Made by a program: the position numbers and the translations under genes. A DNA stretch of 61,438 nt, filler included, from an uncultured bacterium (GTDB taxonomy: Bacteria > CAYJOG01): the NCBI GenBank assembly GCA_964371695.1. It is 4 parts of 4 records of this genome, joined end to end, with 100 filler letters (N's around TTAATTAATTAA, not from the genome) between each part and the next. Parts side by side here need not be neighbours in the genome. Positions count along the whole stretch, not along the records: positions 15,961 to 31,363 come from CAYJOG010000018.1; positions 31,464 to 46,528 come from CAYJOG010000019.1; 2 more parts are not named here. One strand, written 5' to 3'. Each line of letters begins with the position of its first letter. Positions within the stretch are counted from its first letter, which is position 1. The notes under the pieces are model-generated. The model did not search any database. It was not told where the DNA came from and was given only the letters and a program-made list of their open reading frames with translations. This document shows positions 30,502 to 39,551 of the stretch, piece by piece.

Positions 30502-30680
30502 AGGTACACCTCGCTGTCGTTTTCAAAGTCGGGGCCGGTTTCGCCCCGCAGCATGTCGTGTTTGGCCTGCTCCACGCGGCCCTTGTTGTTCAGCAGCCAC
30601 CAGAAAAACAGGCAGCCCATGCCCGCCATGGTCAGCAGGATCATGGAAAACATCATCGTAACGCCCTGTTCCGCAGTCAT
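30498..30680 (-). CDS. Small membrane protein, CcoS-like cbb3 oxidase assembly factor
   Basis: Single TM segment followed by FFWWLLNNKGRVEQAKHDML; downstream of a cytochrome c. Confidence 0.55.
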   Translation of the reverse strand: MTAEQGVTMMFSMILLTMAGMGCLFFWWLLNNKGRVEQAKHDMLRGETGPDFENDSEVYL

Positions 30681-30946
30681 CGCACCCCCCAGATGTCATA
30701 TTTGAATTCGCTCTCAAGCATGTCTTTTGCAGGCTGCTCCACATTGCTTCTGTTGGTGTAAATCAGGCTGTAGGCCAACAGACACCCCAGCCCCAGCGCG
30801 CCAAAACCAATGAAGGTGAGCAGGATGGGCAGAATATCCAGCGCGGGCTGGTTGCACACCAGACACGCGTGAGACACAGCGGGCCACACGAGCAGGCCAA
30901 GGCCCGCCATGGCCGCCAACTGCATTTTCAGTCCCGCTTTTGTCAT
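30677..30946 (-). CDS. Small membrane protein with signal peptide, CxxC and a CcoS-like tail
   Basis: VSHACLVC, a TM segment, then NVEQPAKDML, similar to the neighbouring small ORF. Confidence 0.55.
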   Translation of the reverse strand: MTKAGLKMQLAAMAGLGLLVWPAVSHACLVCNQPALDILPILLTFIGFGALGLGCLLAYSLIYTNRSNVEQPAKDMLESEFKYDIWGVR

Positions 30947-30950
30947 GTGT

Positions 30951-31363
30951 TTATTGTCCCTCTTCTTCGAGCATCGGGAAGGCATAAAGTGACTGAACAT
31001 AAACCGCCACGGCGTGTTTTTCGTCGTTGCCAAGCGCCGTGAAGGCGGCCATGGTGGTGCCGGGTACGCCTTTTTCCAGCGAACCCAGAATCTGGTTCAG
31101 GTTGGGCCGCTGGGCGGTGAACTTGGCGGGGCGGGGGCGCAGGCCCAGACCGGCCGGGCCGTCGGCGTCGCCTGCCGGGCCGTGACACAGGGCGCACTGG
31201 GCGTCATAAATGCCCTTGCCCTGCTCTTTGAGTGCTCCGGCGTCCATGCCCTGGGGCAGGGCGTCGTCGGGGGTATGCACTTCTTTGCTGGCCACATACA
31301 CCGCCATGGCGCGCAGGTCGTCATAACCCCACTCGCGGAAGCTGGGCATGGAGGTGCCCGGCC
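30951..31363 (-). CDS. c-type cytochrome, C-terminal part (5'-truncated)
   Basis: CALCH heme motif with distal GTTM; an upstream PGTSMPSF suggests a second heme domain. Confidence 0.85.
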
Positions 31364-31463
31364 NNNNNNNNNNNNNNNNNNNNNNNNNNNNNNNNNNNNN
31401 NNNNNNNTTAATTAATTAANNNNNNNNNNNNNNNNNNNNNNNNNNNNNNNNNNNNNNNNNNNN
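31364..31463. other. Contig junction spacer
   Basis: N-run with TTAATTAATTAA. Confidence 0.98.
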
Positions 31464-31610
31464 CATGACAAGCCCCATAGGGGAGAGGGGGCAATGGAAC
31501 ATTTCTTTTTTCCGGCGCCCAAGCCACCTGATTCTTCCTTTCCGTCTCCCGCTCCCGACCCTGGCCGAATCTCGCCCGTGTCGTTAAGATTCGGTTAAGA
31601 GGGCAGGGCC

Positions 31611-32327
31611 ATGCATCACACACCGCTTCATCCCAGCGACGCCGAGAGCGTTGTGCGCCTGATGGTGGCTTTTGCCGCCACGGCCATGGTGGGCAACAAC
31701 CGCCACCGCAACGACAAACCGGCGGGTTTTCGCACCCACGTGCTGGTGGGTGTGGGCAGTTGTCTGGCCATGCTGGTGAGCATTCACATGGCCTATGCCT
31801 ATGACGGCGGCGGCGGGTTCCGTCCCGACCCGGCGCGCATCGCGGCCCAGGTGGTGACGGGTATCGGCTTTTTGGGGGCGGGGGCCATTCTGCACCAGGG
31901 CGGCAGTGTGCGGGGGCTGACCACCGCCGCCACGTTGTGGTGCAGCGCGTGTCTGGGCCTGGCCGCCGGGGCGGGACTATATGTGCTCACCACCATGGTC
32001 ACGCTGCTCATGCTGCTGTCGGTCACGGTGCTGGACCGCATCCAGTCCCGCGCCATCACACGCCGCACGTTCCGCGTGGTGAAACTCACCTGCATGGACT
32101 GGAGCGCCCCCGGCCATGTCAGCGACAGCCACATCACCACACTCGAAAGCGTCATCACCCGGTTTGGCCGGGCCATGCGCAACCTGGAGCTGAAAACCAA
32201 CAAGGGCAGCAAGGGGCGTTTGGTGATCGAGTTCAGCACCGAGTTTTTCAGCAACAAGGCCATGCTCGACGCCGTGCTGGTGCTTCAGGATCTGCCTTTT
32301 GTGGAATCGGTGGAGCTGGAAGCGTAG
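31611..32327 (+). CDS. mgtC: MgtC/SapB family membrane protein
   Basis: AGFRTHVLVG, DPARIAAQVVTGIGFLGAGAI and GLTTAATLW. Confidence 0.92.
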   Translation: MHHTPLHPSDAESVVRLMVAFAATAMVGNNRHRNDKPAGFRTHVLVGVGSCLAMLVSIHMAYAYDGGGGFRPDPARIAAQVVTGIGFLGAGAILHQGGSVRGLTTAATLWCSACLGLAAGAGLYVLTTMVTLLMLLSVTVLDRIQSRAITRRTFRVVKLTCMDWSAPGHVSDSHITTLESVITRFGRAMRNLELKTNKGSKGRLVIEFSTEFFSNKAMLDAVLVLQDLPFVESVELEA

Positions 32328-32335
32328 CGCCGCCC

Positions 32336-33190
32336 TCAAGGCTTGGCCAACTCGCCATAATGCACCAGACGCAGACCCTTTTGGCGGGCTGCATCGGGCC
32401 AGCCGGTGGCCAGCAGCGTGTTCAGGTCGCCGGGCCAGTCATAACACCAGTGGGCATAGCGGCTGTGCATGAGGGGGTCGTCGTGGCCGGGGTGGGCCAT
32501 GAGTTCGGTGAGCGGCGGCAGGGGACCGTCCAGAAATCGCCCCAATGTGGCGGGGCCAAGGTGGCCGCTGTCCTGCAAACCCAGAAAAGCCGCCGGGGGT
32601 GAAAAATCCCGCAGCACGCCCCCGGCGGCCCGCCGCGCCAGCGCCGCGAGGCCCAGGGCCTCCCAGGGGCGCAGGCGGGGCGTCACCCCCACGCTCGGCA
32701 AAGGTCGGGACAGGTTGCGCACATAAGGAATGTTGAAATGCCGCAGCAGGTCCGCCACCACGCGGGCCACCGGCGGCAGCACATGGGTGTGCTGGTGACT
32801 GTCCACGTGTGTGGGGCGGATGCCCTGCTCCACCACCCAGGCCACCTGGGCGAACAACTCGCGGCGGATGTCTTCTTCGCGCACGCGCCCCAGCATCAGC
32901 CGCTGGGCCAGCGCCCGTGCGCCCGGCGGCAGGCGGCCATCCGGCCCCGCCAGCGTGGGCAGCGCGCCGGGGGGCGACAGGGGCCATTCCTCTATCAGGC
33001 ACAGATGTACCCCCACGCCCAGGCCGGGCAGTGTGCGGGCCAGGGCGACGGCCTCTGAAGCGTGGGGCGCAGTGGCCAGCAGGCTGGCGCTGGTGACGAT
33101 GCCCCGGCGGGCCAGTTCGGCCACCGCCTGGTTCACACCGGGGCACAGACCAAAGTCATCGGCGTTGAGGATGAGTTGGGGGGAGAACAC
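32336..33190 (-). CDS. ChbG/YdjC/HpnK family deacetylase
   Basis: NADDFG, THVDSHQHTH and ELMAHPG. Confidence 0.92.
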   Translation of the reverse strand: MFSPQLILNADDFGLCPGVNQAVAELARRGIVTSASLLATAPHASEAVALARTLPGLGVGVHLCLIEEWPLSPPGALPTLAGPDGRLPPGARALAQRLMLGRVREEDIRRELFAQVAWVVEQGIRPTHVDSHQHTHVLPPVARVVADLLRHFNIPYVRNLSRPLPSVGVTPRLRPWEALGLAALARRAAGGVLRDFSPPAAFLGLQDSGHLGPATLGRFLDGPLPPLTELMAHPGHDDPLMHSRYAHWCYDWPGDLNTLLATGWPDAARQKGLRLVHYGELAKP

Positions 33191-33222
33191 TGATTTGGTT
33201 CCCCCTTCTCAGCGAGGCAGCG

Positions 33223-33738
33223 TCATGGGGCCTTCACACGTTTTTTGGCGGGAGCCTTGGCGGAAGACGATGAGGCCGGGTTTTTTGGGGGGGATGGTTT
33301 TGGGCGACTGTCTGAGGTCTTGATTTTATCTTGGACCAGTTGCTTAATATTAAAAGTTGGAAGGTGAATGACGCCGGTATGGAAAGTCCCCGTAATATTT
33401 GCAAAAACACCGCGAAGCGCCCCGTATAAAATCGAGTTTCCATTTAAAAGTAAAAGTTCCATCTTTTCTTCTTCTGACGTGTTTTCTGGAAAACTGAATT
33501 GACCAAGAATTACGATTTTTCCCTTTTGCGCGCGTTCCGTACGCGGCGCAAAAACAATACCCAATGTTTGCTCAATCTGTGCCTTGTTTGGGTGGACATC
33601 GCTTTTTCTTAACTCAAAATCGAGACTGAATGCCGCCTGAAATTCACTAAATTTCTCGTTTATTTCTTCTGCAATAAAATACGGCAAAACAATTTCAAAA
33701 ACGACAAACCCATCGAGGTTAATTGGACTAGGAGGCAC
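33223..33738 (-). CDS. SecB-like chaperone (TAC system)
   Basis: C-terminal NGNSILYGALRGVFANITG...LPTFN matches the SecB-like signature; third gene after a toxin and an HTH antitoxin. Confidence 0.8.
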   Translation of the reverse strand: MPPSPINLDGFVVFEIVLPYFIAEEINEKFSEFQAAFSLDFELRKSDVHPNKAQIEQTLGIVFAPRTERAQKGKIVILGQFSFPENTSEEEKMELLLLNGNSILYGALRGVFANITGTFHTGVIHLPTFNIKQLVQDKIKTSDSRPKPSPPKNPASSSSAKAPAKKRVKAP

Positions 33739-34180
33739 GAGACAACTCCATGTCGGATTTTACCGCTTGAAATGGGGTGATTTTGGATGAGGGGGGCATG
33801 ACTTGAAGTCTTCTTGGGCTTCTTGGAATTTCTATGAAAACATGCATTTCTTTTCTTGCCCTCATTCTGTGCACAGCCTCCATCTCTTCGGCGCTCAACA
33901 CGGCGACACGTTCGTCTGGCCGAGCAATGCGGGCATCAAAGTGGCGGCCCAACCCCACCGCAATCTGAGCAAATGTTTGAATCGTGGCATTGTCACTCGC
34001 CGCCAGCAGGCGGTTTAGCTGTTGGCGGGACATGCCAATTTTCTTAGCCAAGTCAGATTGTTTCATTGAGGATTCTTCCAAGCCCTGCAAAACGTCATTC
34101 GCCAAAATCATTTTTGCAACGGCCGTTTGCGCCCGCACATCTGGAATGCTTTCGGGCGTTTTCTCTGGTCCATTTTTCAT
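33728..34180 (-). CDS. HigA-like XRE HTH antitoxin with C-terminal extension
   Basis: MKQSDLAKKIGMSRQQLNRLLAASDNATIQTFAQIAVGLG plus a ~65-aa tail; start taken at MKNGPEK. Confidence 0.8.
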   Translation of the reverse strand: MKNGPEKTPESIPDVRAQTAVAKMILANDVLQGLEESSMKQSDLAKKIGMSRQQLNRLLAASDNATIQTFAQIAVGLGRHFDARIARPDERVAVLSAEEMEAVHRMRARKEMHVFIEIPRSPRRLQVMPPSSKITPFQAVKSDMELSRAS

Positions 34181-34202
34181 TTTCAACCCCTGGTGATATT
34201 TT

Positions 34203-34628
34203 TTATGTGGATAAAAATTTTGATCTGATGCTGTTTGACTTCTTGAATTCTTCATTTTGTTCTTTTGGTGGTGGTTTTAAGCATCCATGTGTCAGTAAGA
34301 AAAACTTTCCATCATGGCATGAGTAATAAAATCAAAAAAGCCTGAGCTTTCCACTTTTTATTTCAAATATTTCTTCACAACCGCTTTCTCTGCTTCCTCG
34401 ACTCACCCATTGTGGTCTTACAATTCGATCGGCACGTGCCAGAGTATGCAAAATATCAAAGATTTTCTGATGGTCCTTTCTGTGCTCATGTTTCCAGTCT
34501 TCAAGGGTTTTCAGTGCTTTTGACTGATCAAAATTGGCCAGGGCGCGTATCTTGTGCCTTGAATCGCTTGATTCAAAAATCCCTGGAACCTGCAAGAAAG
34601 AATATTGAGGCTCTCGTGAAGGGGACAT
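34203..34628 (-). pseudogene. HigB/RelE (Gp49-like) toxin interrupted by an in-frame TGA at 34332-34334
   Basis: IFEIKSGKLRLF*FYYSCHDGKFFLLTHGCLKPPPKEQNEEFKK; the frame continues to TAA at 34203-34205. Confidence 0.8.
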
Positions 34629-34820
34629 GGGGAGTCATAAGGTTACCTGCATGGCAGGGTGACACAAAGGCGCATCCACCCTTTTCGGCACTTGATTTTA
34701 TCCATCCAGCCCCAGGCTTGTCAATTTATTTGTTGACAACCCCACTGGCGCATGTGTTTTTTGGGCAAGTCGCGACGAGTCCTTTCCGGCCCGCTTGGGG
34801 AATGCCCCTAAAATAGGACG

Positions 34821-35843
34821 ATGCAAAAGAAAACCGTTCTGGTTCTTCCTCTGGTGGCGGGGGCGCTTGTCGCCGCCGTGTTGTGTCGCGCCGCCGGGCC
34901 GGTGATTGTGTTCAGGGTGGGGTCGGTTGCCCCTGCCGCCAGCCCCTGGGGCAAGGTGGCCAACTACCTCAAAAAAGAGCTGGAAGAAAAAAGCAAAGGC
35001 CGCGTGGCGGTGCAGGCTTTTCTGGGTGGCAGCCTGGGCAACGAGGACACGCTGCTCAACCGCGTGAAGCTGGGCAGCCTGCAAGGCGTGGCGCTCACGG
35101 GCAGCGGGTTGTATCAGGTGTTGCCAGAGCTGGAAGCCGTGGAGCTGCCCTATGTGTTCAAAGACGCCGCCGAGGCCCGCGCCGTGATGGACGGCTACGT
35201 GGCCCCCTATCTGGAACGCAACCTGCCCAAAAAGGGGTTTACCACCAACGCCGTGAGCGAAAACGGCATGCGCCACATGATCGGCATGAAGCACTTCAAA
35301 ACCCCGGCTGATTTCAGGGGCGTGAAAGTCGCCAGTTGGCCCAGCCCGGTGCATCTGGCCACCTGGAAAACCCTGGGGGCCGCCGCCGTGGCCACGCCTT
35401 ATACCGAAATCTTCACCAGCCTTCAGCGCAAATACACCGACGCGGCAGACAATTCCGTCGTGGCCATTCAGGCCCTTTCGCTCACCACCCGCACCAAATA
35501 CCTCACCTTCACGGGTCACAGTTTTCAGCCCGGCGTGGTCATGTTGAGCAAGCCGTTTTTTGACGCGCTGCCCAAAGACCTGCAAACCCTGGTGCGCAAA
35601 ATGAACCACGACGTGGGCACCGTGTGGCTGCGCCAGTTGCTGGACAAAGAAACCGAAACCACCCTGGCCCTGATGCGACGCATCAGGGTGAACATGTACA
35701 CCCCCACCCCCAAGGAGCGCGCCGCCATGGAGGCCGCCACCCGCCCCCTGCGCAACGCGGCGCTGAAGGGCAAAAGCGCTGCATTCTTCCGGGGCCTGAT
35801 CAAGGCGCGGGACGCTTACCGGGCAAAGAAGAAGAGCCCCTGA
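34821..35843 (+). CDS. dctP: TRAP transporter substrate-binding protein
   Basis: APAASPW, FLGGSLGNE, ENGMRH, TPADFRGVK and PYTEIFTSLQ. Confidence 0.88.
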   Translation: MQKKTVLVLPLVAGALVAAVLCRAAGPVIVFRVGSVAPAASPWGKVANYLKKELEEKSKGRVAVQAFLGGSLGNEDTLLNRVKLGSLQGVALTGSGLYQVLPELEAVELPYVFKDAAEARAVMDGYVAPYLERNLPKKGFTTNAVSENGMRHMIGMKHFKTPADFRGVKVASWPSPVHLATWKTLGAAAVATPYTEIFTSLQRKYTDAADNSVVAIQALSLTTRTKYLTFTGHSFQPGVVMLSKPFFDALPKDLQTLVRKMNHDVGTVWLRQLLDKETETTLALMRRIRVNMYTPTPKERAAMEAATRPLRNAALKGKSAAFFRGLIKARDAYRAKKKSP

Positions 35844-35979
35844 CAAAACTGGTTTTGTCAGGGGCTCTGCGGACCTGGATGGTCCGCATCCGAAACCCGG
35901 AGGGTTTCGCGCTCGAGACGGGGATTCATTCCCCGTCTCGGCGATAACAAAACTCCATGGAGGGAGTTTTGTTAGAGGT
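35834..35979 (+). repeat. Intergenic multi-hairpin element (same family as the addB inserts)
   Basis: TGCGGACC(TGGAT)GGTCCGCA-TCCGAAA...AACAAAACTCC(ATGGAG)GGAGTTTTGTT; the first palindrome contains the dctP stop. Confidence 0.8.
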
Positions 35980-36012
35980 TTTAAATAACAGCCTGCGGTG
36001 AAGTGAACGTGG

Positions 36013-36876
36013 CTACTGCGGCTTGACGCTCAGGCTCTGGGCCACTTCCACACCCATGAGCTGGGCGAATTTTTTGCCCAGCCAGGGCAGGCCCTTTTTC
36101 AGGTTGTCCGAGCCGAGCATCACAAACAGCACCTCGCGGCCCCCCAGCGTGAAGGTGCCCGCCAGGCAGTCCTGTGCGCCCCGCGTGAAGCCGGTTTTGC
36201 CGCCGTTAAACGTGTCGGGCAGCGGAAACTTGCCCAGGCGCCCCACCAGCTCGCGGGGGCCTTCGGGGCCAAAAAACGGCAATGCCAAGCGCCCCCGGCG
36301 GCTCATCAGCCACCACAGCACCGGGTCTTTGCGCACGTTGTAAAGAATCACCGTCTGATCCCGCGCCGTGCTGCCGCAGCCGGGGCAGTCCAGGCCCGAC
36401 AGGTTGCCATAACGGGTGTTCGTCAGACCCAGTTCCTGTGCTTTTTTGTTCATGGCGGCCACCGGGTCGATGCCCTTTTGGCGCAGCGCCCCCGCCAGGG
36501 CGTGAGAGGCGTCGTTGCCGCTCTGCACCAGCAGCCCCGCCAGCAGCTCATAAACCGTGTACAAACCCTGGGGTCGCACCCCCGCCTTGCTGCCCATGGG
36601 GATTTTGAAATCCTTGGGCACGGCGACTTTCTCCCACAGTCCCAGGTGCTGACGCACCACCAGGGCCGTGGTCATTTTGGTGAGGCTGGCGATGGGCCGT
36701 TTGGCGGCGCTGCCCTGTATGAACAGGGGCGTCTGCTCACCCATGACGTGGGCATAAACCGTGGCGGGTGCAGCCTGGGCCGCCGTGGCCGTCAGGCCGA
36801 GCATCCCCAGCAGCGCCAGCGTGCGCAACGCCACCCGCCACACATCTTTTTTAGCCATGCGGGTCATTTGTTTCAT
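36013..36876 (-). CDS. D-alanyl-D-alanine carboxypeptidase (peptidase S11)
   Basis: SLTK, SGN and KTG motifs; signal peptide. Confidence 0.92.
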   Translation of the reverse strand: MKQMTRMAKKDVWRVALRTLALLGMLGLTATAAQAAPATVYAHVMGEQTPLFIQGSAAKRPIASLTKMTTALVVRQHLGLWEKVAVPKDFKIPMGSKAGVRPQGLYTVYELLAGLLVQSGNDASHALAGALRQKGIDPVAAMNKKAQELGLTNTRYGNLSGLDCPGCGSTARDQTVILYNVRKDPVLWWLMSRRGRLALPFFGPEGPRELVGRLGKFPLPDTFNGGKTGFTRGAQDCLAGTFTLGGREVLFVMLGSDNLKKGLPWLGKKFAQLMGVEVAQSLSVKPQ

Positions 36877-36947
36877 TTTACCGCCGTGGTATTCAAACCC
36901 ATGGTTCCCGATGAGGGCCATCCGTTCCCTTGACTTTTTATTTCAAC

Positions 36948-37121
36948 TGGCCTCGCCGTTCCTCGTGAACGGCTTTGGCCCGGTGCGGCTTAAGCAAAGC
37001 TCGCGCCGCACCGCGAACACCTGCGGCACCTGCTGCGCCGCGGTGTTCGGGGCGAATTCATCCATGAATTCATGCCAATTCGCTCCAATATATTGCTTTG
37101 TTTGATGGCGAATTGGCATGA
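36948..37121. repeat. Structured ~150-bp dispersed repeat, copy 1
   Basis: Homologous to 40305-40475 and, inverted, to 50030-50198; contains GAATTCATCCATGAATTC. Confidence 0.85.
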
Positions 37122-38023
37122 TTTACGATATCCCCGTGGCGCTCAAGAATCTGGACAAACCCATTCCCCGGCATCCGCCTTGGCTCAAACAGCGCCTGCC
37201 GGTGGACCGCACCGAAGAAACCTGGCTGCGGGGCCAGCTCAAAGAAGGCGGCCTGCACACCGTGTGTCAGGAGGCCCGCTGCCCCAACCTGCACGAGTGT
37301 TTCAGCCAGCGCACCGCCACCTTTTTGTTGATGGGCAGTGTGTGTACCCGCGCCTGCACTTTTTGCGCCATACAAAAAGGCCGCCCCATGCCGCTGGACC
37401 CCCAGGAACCGGAGCGGCTGGCGGCGCTGACCGGGCGCATGGGCCTGCGTTATGTCGTGCTCACCTCGGTGAACCGCGACGACCTGCCCGACGGTGGCGC
37501 GGGCCATTTTGTGGCCACGATCCGCGCTCTGCGCCAGCAGGCGCCGGGCATTGGCGTGGAAGTGCTCACGCCGGACTTCCGGGGCAATCTGGATAACGTG
37601 GACACCGTGGCCAGCGAGAAACCCGCCGTGTTCAACCACAACGTGGAGACGGTACCCCGTCTCTATGGCCGGGTGCGCCCCGGCAGTGTTTATGAACGCT
37701 CTTTGTCGGTGCTGGGCCACGTGGCGCGGCAGCACACCGATGTGCCGGTGAAAAGCGGCCTCATGGTGGGGCTGGGTGAAACCCCCGAAGAAGTGCATCA
37801 GGTGATGGTGGACCTGCGGGAGGTGGGTGTGCGCCTGCTGGTGATTGGCCAGTATCTTTCGCCCGCCAACCAGCGCCTGAGCGAGCAGGCTTTTGTGCCG
37901 CCAGAGGTGTTTGAGAAGTGGCGCGAACAGGCGCTTTCGCTGGGGTTTGAAAAAGCCCACGTCAGCCCCTTTGCCCGCAGCTCTCACCACGCGGCAGAGC
38001 TGGCGGGAGTTACTCCCCCTTGA
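37118..38023 (+). CDS. lipA: Lipoyl synthase
   Basis: CQEARCPNLHEC, CTRACTFC, TSVNRDDL and NHNVETV. Confidence 0.96.
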   Translation: MIYDIPVALKNLDKPIPRHPPWLKQRLPVDRTEETWLRGQLKEGGLHTVCQEARCPNLHECFSQRTATFLLMGSVCTRACTFCAIQKGRPMPLDPQEPERLAALTGRMGLRYVVLTSVNRDDLPDGGAGHFVATIRALRQQAPGIGVEVLTPDFRGNLDNVDTVASEKPAVFNHNVETVPRLYGRVRPGSVYERSLSVLGHVARQHTDVPVKSGLMVGLGETPEEVHQVMVDLREVGVRLLVIGQYLSPANQRLSEQAFVPPEVFEKWREQALSLGFEKAHVSPFARSSHHAAELAGVTPP

Positions 38024-39551
38024 AAACCACCTTGCGGCCAAAGAGGGTTTCAAACAGGTGGGCTTTTTCCTGGGCGCGTTCCAGGGCCAGGCGCGATTTC
38101 GACCTCAGTTGAAGACTGATTTCCACCCGCCCCCGCTGGTTTTTGGCCACCAGGTTTTTTACGCACTGGCGGTGGTCGTGGTCCAGGCCATCGGCAATGC
38201 GCAGCAGTGCCAGCAGCTTCATCAGTTCTTCGCGCTCCGGCGGCGGAAACACCGCCAGGGCCTTTTGGTCGGTCTGATCAGGCGGGCGGGTGTGAAAACG
38301 CACCAGTGCCGCCAGCCGGGCGCGGGTGTGGTTGTCCACCCCGGCGATGGCCCCGTGACGGATGAGATAGTCGCCGTGTTTGGCGTGTTTGTCTGAGGAA
38401 ATGAACGAGCCTATGTCGTGCAGCAGGCTGGCCAGTTCCAGGTCCAGCCGCGAGCCGTTGGTCATTTTGTGCAGGTCTTTGAGCTGATCATAAAGGCTCA
38501 CCGACAGCCGCCGCACCTGCTCGGCGTGCTGGGCCTCGTAATGAAACCGCGTGGCGAATTCCCGCACCGAAGCCCGCAGGGCCTGGGCGCTGAAGGTGCT
38601 GCCGTGGGCCACGCGGCCCAGTCGGCTGAGCATCATCTGCGTGAGCACGCCCTCGCGCACACCCACGCCCGGCGCTACAAAGTGCCCGATGTTCAGCACG
38701 CGCCCCAGGGTGCTGAACACCAGCGCGGCCACGCCCATCACCTCGGCGCGGTCGCGGCGCACGTTAAAAATCTTCATGCGTTCGGGCACGTCCAGCCCCA
38801 GCATCTGCCACAGGTGCTCGTGCAGGGCATACACGTCTATCACCGGCAGGCCGCCCCGCAGGTCTCCGGGCGCAATCACACAAAGCGCCTCGGCGTTGCC
38901 GCCGCAGGCCACGATTTCGCCGCCCCCAAGATCAAGCTCATCGGGCAACTGGGCCCGCAGCAGGCCCATTACGTGGCCCCTTATGGCCTGCACCTGGGCG
39001 GGTGTGATGGCCCCGGTCACACCAAAGGTTTCCATCAGGCGCACGGTGCCGATGGGCAGGGTCAGGCTCTGCTCCACCTTGCCTTTTTTCATCACGTTGA
39101 TTTCCAGGCTGCCGCCACCCAGATCCAGAATCAGGCGCGGCGGCAGTTTTTCGCCCATCACGCGCATCACCGCCAAGCGCACCAGACGGGCTTCTTCCAC
39201 GCCGTCAATCACTTCCAGTTTGATGCCCGATTCTTTCTGCACGCGCTTGAGCAGGGTTTTGCGGTTGCCCGCCTCGCGGGTGGCGCTGGTGGCCACGGCG
39301 CGGTAATCCCGCACGCCGTGGTGCTCCATGATTTGCCGGAAATGTTTGAAGGCCCGCACCGCCTCGTTGAGCGTGGGTTCGTCAAACTCGTGGTGGGTGA
39401 ACACGTGGTGGCCCAGGCGCACGGCCACGCGCTCGGTGAAGAGGGGTTCGAACCCCTCGCCGGGGCCGGGGCGCGCCACCACCAGACGCAGGGCGTTGCT
39501 GCCCGCGTCAATCGCCGCGATGGGGTCGGGGCCGGGCAGTTGCTCGGTCAT
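38010..39551 (-). CDS. ppx: Ppx/GppA exopolyphosphatase with HD domain
   Basis: IDAGSNALR, ATSATREA, DLGGGSLE, GVREG and LLHDIG. Confidence 0.93.
   Translation of the reverse strand: MTEQLPGPDPIAAIDAGSNALRLVVARPGPGEGFEPLFTERVAVRLGHHVFTHHEFDEPTLNEAVRAFKHFRQIMEHHGVRDYRAVATSATREAGNRKTLLKRVQKESGIKLEVIDGVEEARLVRLAVMRVMGEKLPPRLILDLGGGSLEINVMKKGKVEQSLTLPIGTVRLMETFGVTGAITPAQVQAIRGHVMGLLRAQLPDELDLGGGEIVACGGNAEALCVIAPGDLRGGLPVIDVYALHEHLWQMLGLDVPERMKIFNVRRDRAEVMGVAALVFSTLGRVLNIGHFVAPGVGVREGVLTQMMLSRLGRVAHGSTFSAQALRASVREFATRFHYEAQHAEQVRRLSVSLYDQLKDLHKMTNGSRLDLELASLLHDIGSFISSDKHAKHGDYLIRHGAIAGVDNHTRARLAALVRFHTRPPDQTDQKALAVFPPPEREELMKLLALLRIADGLDHDHRQCVKNLVAKNQRGRVEISLQLRSKSRLALERAQEKAHLFETLFGRKVVFKGE

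Noticed and set aside
34332-34334. Alternative genetic code (TGA as sense)
   Set aside because: TGA terminates many intact genes in the window (polA, addA, addB, lipA, dctP).
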